DNA of 64,000 nt from Octopus vulgaris. Taxonomy: Eukaryota. Position numbers and translations under genes: made by a program. The stretch is taken from assembly GCA_951406725.2 (NCBI GenBank), contig OX597829.1, positions 37,076,001 through 37,140,000 of the forward strand, read 5' to 3'. Below are positions 62,212 to 64,000 of the stretch, in pieces (position 1 is the stretch's first letter; each line of letters begins with the position of its first letter). A model generated the notes under the pieces. That model was not told the DNA's origin and ran no database searches. It was given only the letters and a program-made list of their open reading frames with translations.

Positions 62212-62614
62212 GGCGCAGAAGTGGCTGTGTGGTATGTAGCTTGCTTACCAACCACATGGTTCCGGGTTCAGTCCCATTGCGTGGCACCTTGGGCAAGTGT
62301 CTTCTACTATAGCCTCGGGCCGACCAAAGCCTTGTGAGTGGATTTGGTAAACGGAAACTGAAAGAAGCCCGTCGTATATATGTATATATATGTGTGTGTG
62401 TGTTTGTGTGTCTGTGTTTGTCCCCCCAACATCGCTTGACAACCGATGTTGGTGTGTTTACGTCCCTGTAACTTAGCAGTTCGGCAAAAGAGACCGATAG
62501 AATAAGTACTAGGCTTCCAAAGAATAAGTCCTGGGGGGTTGATTTCCTCGACTAAAGGCGGTGCTCCAGCATGGCCGCAGTCAAATGACTGAAACAAGTA
62601 AAAGAGTAAAGAGT
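62212..62614 (+). mobile_element. Full-length tRNA-derived SINE with CR1-like tail
   Basis: ggcgcagaagtggctgtgtgg..ggttcagtcc..ggcggtgctccagcatggccgcagtcaaatgactgaaacaagtaaaagagt; near-identical to 33718-34096. Confidence 0.92.
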
Positions 62615-64000
62615 ATTGACTTATTTTATGTAAGAAATGACATGTTGCATTAAGAAATGCTTTTTGAATAATGAATTGAGCAACATAGCCAGATGGCCAT
62701 CTTGGATGACATCTTGAATTTGGTACTGTTCCATTGCTTAGATATTAAAGGATATTTAATATATCACTTAGTAAGTTCCTGTGAAACCATCTAACCCATG
62801 CCAGCATGGAAAACAGTTGTTAAATGATGATGATGATTATTTCCAAATTTTCAGTACTATCAACAAAATTACAGGTCCTAACATGAAAGGCAGTTCATGT
62901 ACCAAACGGTTACTATTAACAGCACATTTCAGAAGTATCACAAATCTTATAAATTTATAGATTCGGTTCCAGATCTTGAGGAACCTGTCAACTATTCTAC
63001 TGAATCCTTAAATTCAACTGCTGACTTCTATTCAATTTAGGAGTCATCATGCTATTCTGGAACATTGTTCAGCTTTGACTGATGGTTAAAATATTAATGT
63101 CTCATATTATTCAGGCTACTTATTTTGACTGGTTGTTTTATGAGTGAGGATGCTTTGATACCTAGAATACCATTGATACCATCTGACTCAGATGGTGTCA
63201 AGGCTGCAGTTTGCTGTATCTATAAATCAATCACAGAAATAACTTTCCCTGTCACTGGGTTGCAGCAGGAAAAGACATTACTTCTCTCATGACAACTTTT
63301 TGTTGTATGTACCAAAGGTAGAAATTGTTTTGTTTATGCCCCTTCTGAAACATTTACACTAAATAGTAAATCCATCTATCCATCTGCTCTACCCACTATT
63401 CTTAAGATAGTTGTGGTGGGGCCTCCTCCTTAGGGTCCTACCAGAAGCCACAATAATTACATTTTCCAGCTGGATTCTCAAATATGACTAACTGAGATTA
63501 TGAATATTAACCAATTATCTCATTCTTAATCTATCTGTAAGTCTCCTGCCTGTAGGTTTGACATGAAGAATCTATCTTAGTGACATTTTGTCTGTTTTTA
63601 TGTTGAGTTCAAATTCTGATGAGGTCAGCTTTTTTTTTCCTCCTTTCAGAGTCAATAAAATAAACACCAGTCAAATGTAATTGACAAATCTCCTCTCCCA
63701 AAATTTCAGGCCCTGTGCCTCTAATAGTAAGGATTATTATTGTTGTTTATTATTATTCAACATTTGGTAGTTTCAGGCAATTTTCTACTACATCACCCGC
63801 TACTACTCTGTGCTGCTGGGGTGTGTGCAGCATTGTGTGTTCTTTTTTTTTTTGTTGTTGGAGGTGTACAAACTCTTCCCAGTATTGTATTGCGTTTCTT
63901 TTTGTATGGGGTCTGGTGCAGCTTTTGGATATAGTTTTTTTCATTTCCAAAATATGCATTTTTGAAAAGGAAGTAAAATCTGAAAATCAGCTATAATAAT

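Noticed and set aside
62212-62285. tRNA gene (also 33718 and 47330-47395)
   Set aside because: A/B boxes are present but no full cloverleaf, and the sequence continues into a SINE body.

Overview
AT-rich, repeat-saturated animal genomic DNA; the repeat repertoire strongly suggests an octopus/coleoid cephalopod (inference). The only host coding sequence I can find is one 183-nt internal exon of a WDR20/DMWD-family WD40 gene (13145-13327, + strand, clean AG/GT). The rest of the window is therefore probably two very large introns filled with mostly decayed, often nested transposons: RTE, CR1 and R4/Dong-like LINEs, Penelope-like elements (PLEs), two nested Gypsy LTR elements, Helitrons (Pif1 and OTU remnants), mariner, maT DD37D, pogo/Tigger, piggyBac, a probable Academ, several SINE families and long (TA)n tracts. 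The main hidden signal is a set of about nine type I hammerhead-ribozyme motifs from distinct PLE-type repeats. One has an intact core and an adjacent 117-bp inverted copy that starts at the predicted cleavage site; the motifs with intact cores are all antisense to the host gene. Other notable points: a PHD finger inserted inside an RTE reverse transcriptase, a SINE/CR1 shared 3' stem-loop with compensatory changes, a GC-rich BovB-like insertion in a TA tract, and a four-level nested insertion. All calls are by eye, without database searches.
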